Shown here piece by piece: positions 22,777-24,000 of a stretch of 24,000 bases of DNA (its first letter is position 1; each line of letters starts with the position of its first letter). The DNA is taken from contig CBFIEH010000023.1 of assembly GCA_965661605.1 (NCBI GenBank), positions 1 through 24,000 of the forward strand. The letters run 5' to 3'. The notes below the pieces were generated by a model. It had not been told where the DNA came from, did no database searches, and saw only the letters and a list, made by a program, of their open reading frames with translations. Made by a program: the position numbers and the translations under genes. The stretch comes from Flavobacteriales bacterium (lineage in GTDB: Bacteria; Bacteroidota; Bacteroidia; Flavobacteriales; ECT2AJA-044).

Positions 22777-23280
22777 ATGGATCTAAAAGAAATCCAGAGT
22801 TTAATTCGTTTTGTGGCTAAGTCCGGTGCTACGGAAGTAGATCTGGAAGTAGATGGAGTGAAGATCTCCATCAAAACGAAAGGAGATGGGGAAATTAAAG
22901 AAACTACTGTGGTTCAGCACGTGCCTGTTGCCGCAGCACCCCAAGTACAAGCCATCCCTGCGGCACCTGCTGCTGCGGCTCCGGCCCCAGCGGCTCCTGC
23001 TCCAGCAGCACCAGAAGAATCAGCGGGTGACGATTCTAAATATGTGGAGATCAAGTCTCCAATGATTGGAACCTTCTACCGCCGCCCTTCTCCAGATCAC
23101 GACACCTTTGTCAATGTAGGTGACGAGATCAGTGAAGGATCAGTCGTCTGCGTGATTGAGGCGATGAAACTCTTCAATGAGATTGAATCTGAAATCTCAG
23201 GTAAGATTGTCAAAGTATTGGTAGAGGATTCCAGTCCAGTTGAGTACGATCAACCACTGTTCCTCGTAGACCCTTCATAA
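22777..23280 (+). CDS. accB: Acetyl-CoA carboxylase biotin carboxyl carrier protein
   Basis: 167 aa. It has an Ala/Pro-rich linker and a biotinyl domain with IKSPMIGTFY and the biotinylation motif VIEAMKLFNEIE. Confidence 0.95.
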   Translation: MDLKEIQSLIRFVAKSGATEVDLEVDGVKISIKTKGDGEIKETTVVQHVPVAAAPQVQAIPAAPAAAAPAPAAPAPAAPEESAGDDSKYVEIKSPMIGTFYRRPSPDHDTFVNVGDEISEGSVVCVIEAMKLFNEIESEISGKIVKVLVEDSSPVEYDQPLFLVDPS

Positions 23281-23310
23281 ACCGCTCCCCGAGCGCCAAA
23301 ATTTGCACCC

Positions 23311-24000
23311 ATGAGCAAAAAGATGTTCAATAAAGTGCTTGTGGCGAATCGCGGTGAAATCGCTCTTCGTGTCATCCGGACATGTAAAGAGATGGATATT
23401 AAAACCGTCGCGGTTTATTCACAGGCTGATAAGGAAAGCCTGCACGTTCGTTTCGCAGATGAAGCGGTGTGCATCGGGCCTGCTAGTAGCGCAGAGTCCT
23501 ACCTCAAAATCCCGAACATTATCGCTGCTGCGGAAATTACCAACGCGGACGCTATTCACCCTGGTTACGGGTTCTTGAGTGAAAACGCAAAATTCTCTAA
23601 GATTTGTGAGGAACACGGCATCAAGTTTATTGGAGCCACTCCAGAGCAAATCAACGGAATGGGCGATAAAGCATCCGCTAAAGAAACCATGAAGAAAGCT
23701 GGAGTCCCAACCATCCCAGGTTCTGACGGTTTATTGGAAAGCTTGAAAGAAGCTCAAAGCATCGCCAAGAAAATCAAGTACCCCATTATGCTTAAGGCAA
23801 CTGCCGGTGGTGGTGGTCGCGGGATGCGCGTGGTGAAGAGCGAAGATGAGCTTGAAAAGGCTTGGAATTCCGCACGTCAAGAGGCCGCAGCGGCCTTTGG
23901 AAACGACGGGATGTACATGGAGAAGTTCATCGAAGAGCCTCGCCACATCGAGATTCAAGTCGTTGGAGACAGTCGAGGAAAAGCCTGTCACTTGAGTGAA
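23311..24000 (+). CDS. accC: Acetyl-CoA carboxylase biotin carboxylase subunit, partial (N-terminal 230 aa; continues past the right edge)
   Basis: ATG at 23311 (a second in-frame ATG lies at 23323). Translation is [56 protein letters not shown]...[11 protein letters not shown]...[19 protein letters not shown]...[17 protein letters not shown]. This is a classic ATP-grasp biotin carboxylase. It was missed by the ORF track because there is no stop in the window. Confidence 0.95.
   Translation, partial: MSKKMFNKVLVANRGEIALRVIRTCKEMDIKTVAVYSQADKESLHVRFADEAVCIGPASSAESYLKIPNIIAAAEITNADAIHPGYGFLSENAKFSKICEEHGIKFIGATPEQINGMGDKASAKETMKKAGVPTIPGSDGLLESLKEAQSIAKKIKYPIMLKATAGGGGRGMRVVKSEDELEKAWNSARQEAAAAFGNDGMYMEKFIEEPRHIEIQVVGDSRGKACHLSE

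Noticed and set aside
22921-23013. Low-complexity GC-rich stretch with repeated GCN/CCN codons that looks like a short tandem repeat
   Set aside because: It encodes the Ala/Pro-rich flexible linker (VAAAPQVQAIPAAPAAAAPAPAAPAPAAP) that is normal in biotin carboxyl carrier proteins. It is not a regulatory or mobile repeat.
1-24000. Scanned intergenic regions for tRNA/rRNA, CRISPR repeats, IS inverted repeats and integrase/transposase genes
   Set aside because: The intergenic gaps are short; the largest are 167 nt, 108 nt and 70 nt. They contain only promoter-like boxes and terminators. No repeat-spacer periodicity, cloverleaf-sized structure or mobile-element gene was seen.

Overview
This window reads as a chromosomal segment of a Bacteroidota (Flavobacteriia-like) genome. 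Three things point that way. Two large proteins end in the T9SS type-B (CHU_C / gliding-motility-associated) C-terminal sorting domain. TAnnTTTG-like -7 boxes sit 21-43 nt upstream of several start codons. The DUF177-rpmF-fabH-accB-accC gene order is typical of the group. I can support 22 protein-coding genes: two are partial at the window edges, and one 54-codon ORF is absent from the supplied ORF track. I also call two good intrinsic terminators, one weak one, and seven tentative promoter boxes. I saw no rRNA, tRNA, CRISPR array, transposase/integrase or dispersed repeat family. Most genes are housekeeping: purD, an acyl-CoA carboxyltransferase, lepA, ribE, an MqnC/MqnE-type radical SAM enzyme, pepA, pdxA, rpmF, fabH and accBC. 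Two parts look accessory. (a) Positions 1-4621 hold a tightly packed minus-strand signalling cassette: a sensor-less HisKA-HATPase-REC-AraC hybrid whose stop overlaps by 8 nt the start of a 7TMR-DISM class III adenylate cyclase, followed by an HD phosphohydrolase and a universal stress protein. This is my best candidate for an uncharacterised cAMP make/break/bind module wired to a phosphorelay regulator. (b) Positions 11331-17113 hold two large adhesin-like T9SS type-B cargo genes, one preceded by a small secreted protein. They bracket ribE and have no adjacent PorP/SprF-type partner. All functional calls rest on motif recognition by eye. No database or HMM searches were run, and the module-level interpretations are hypotheses.
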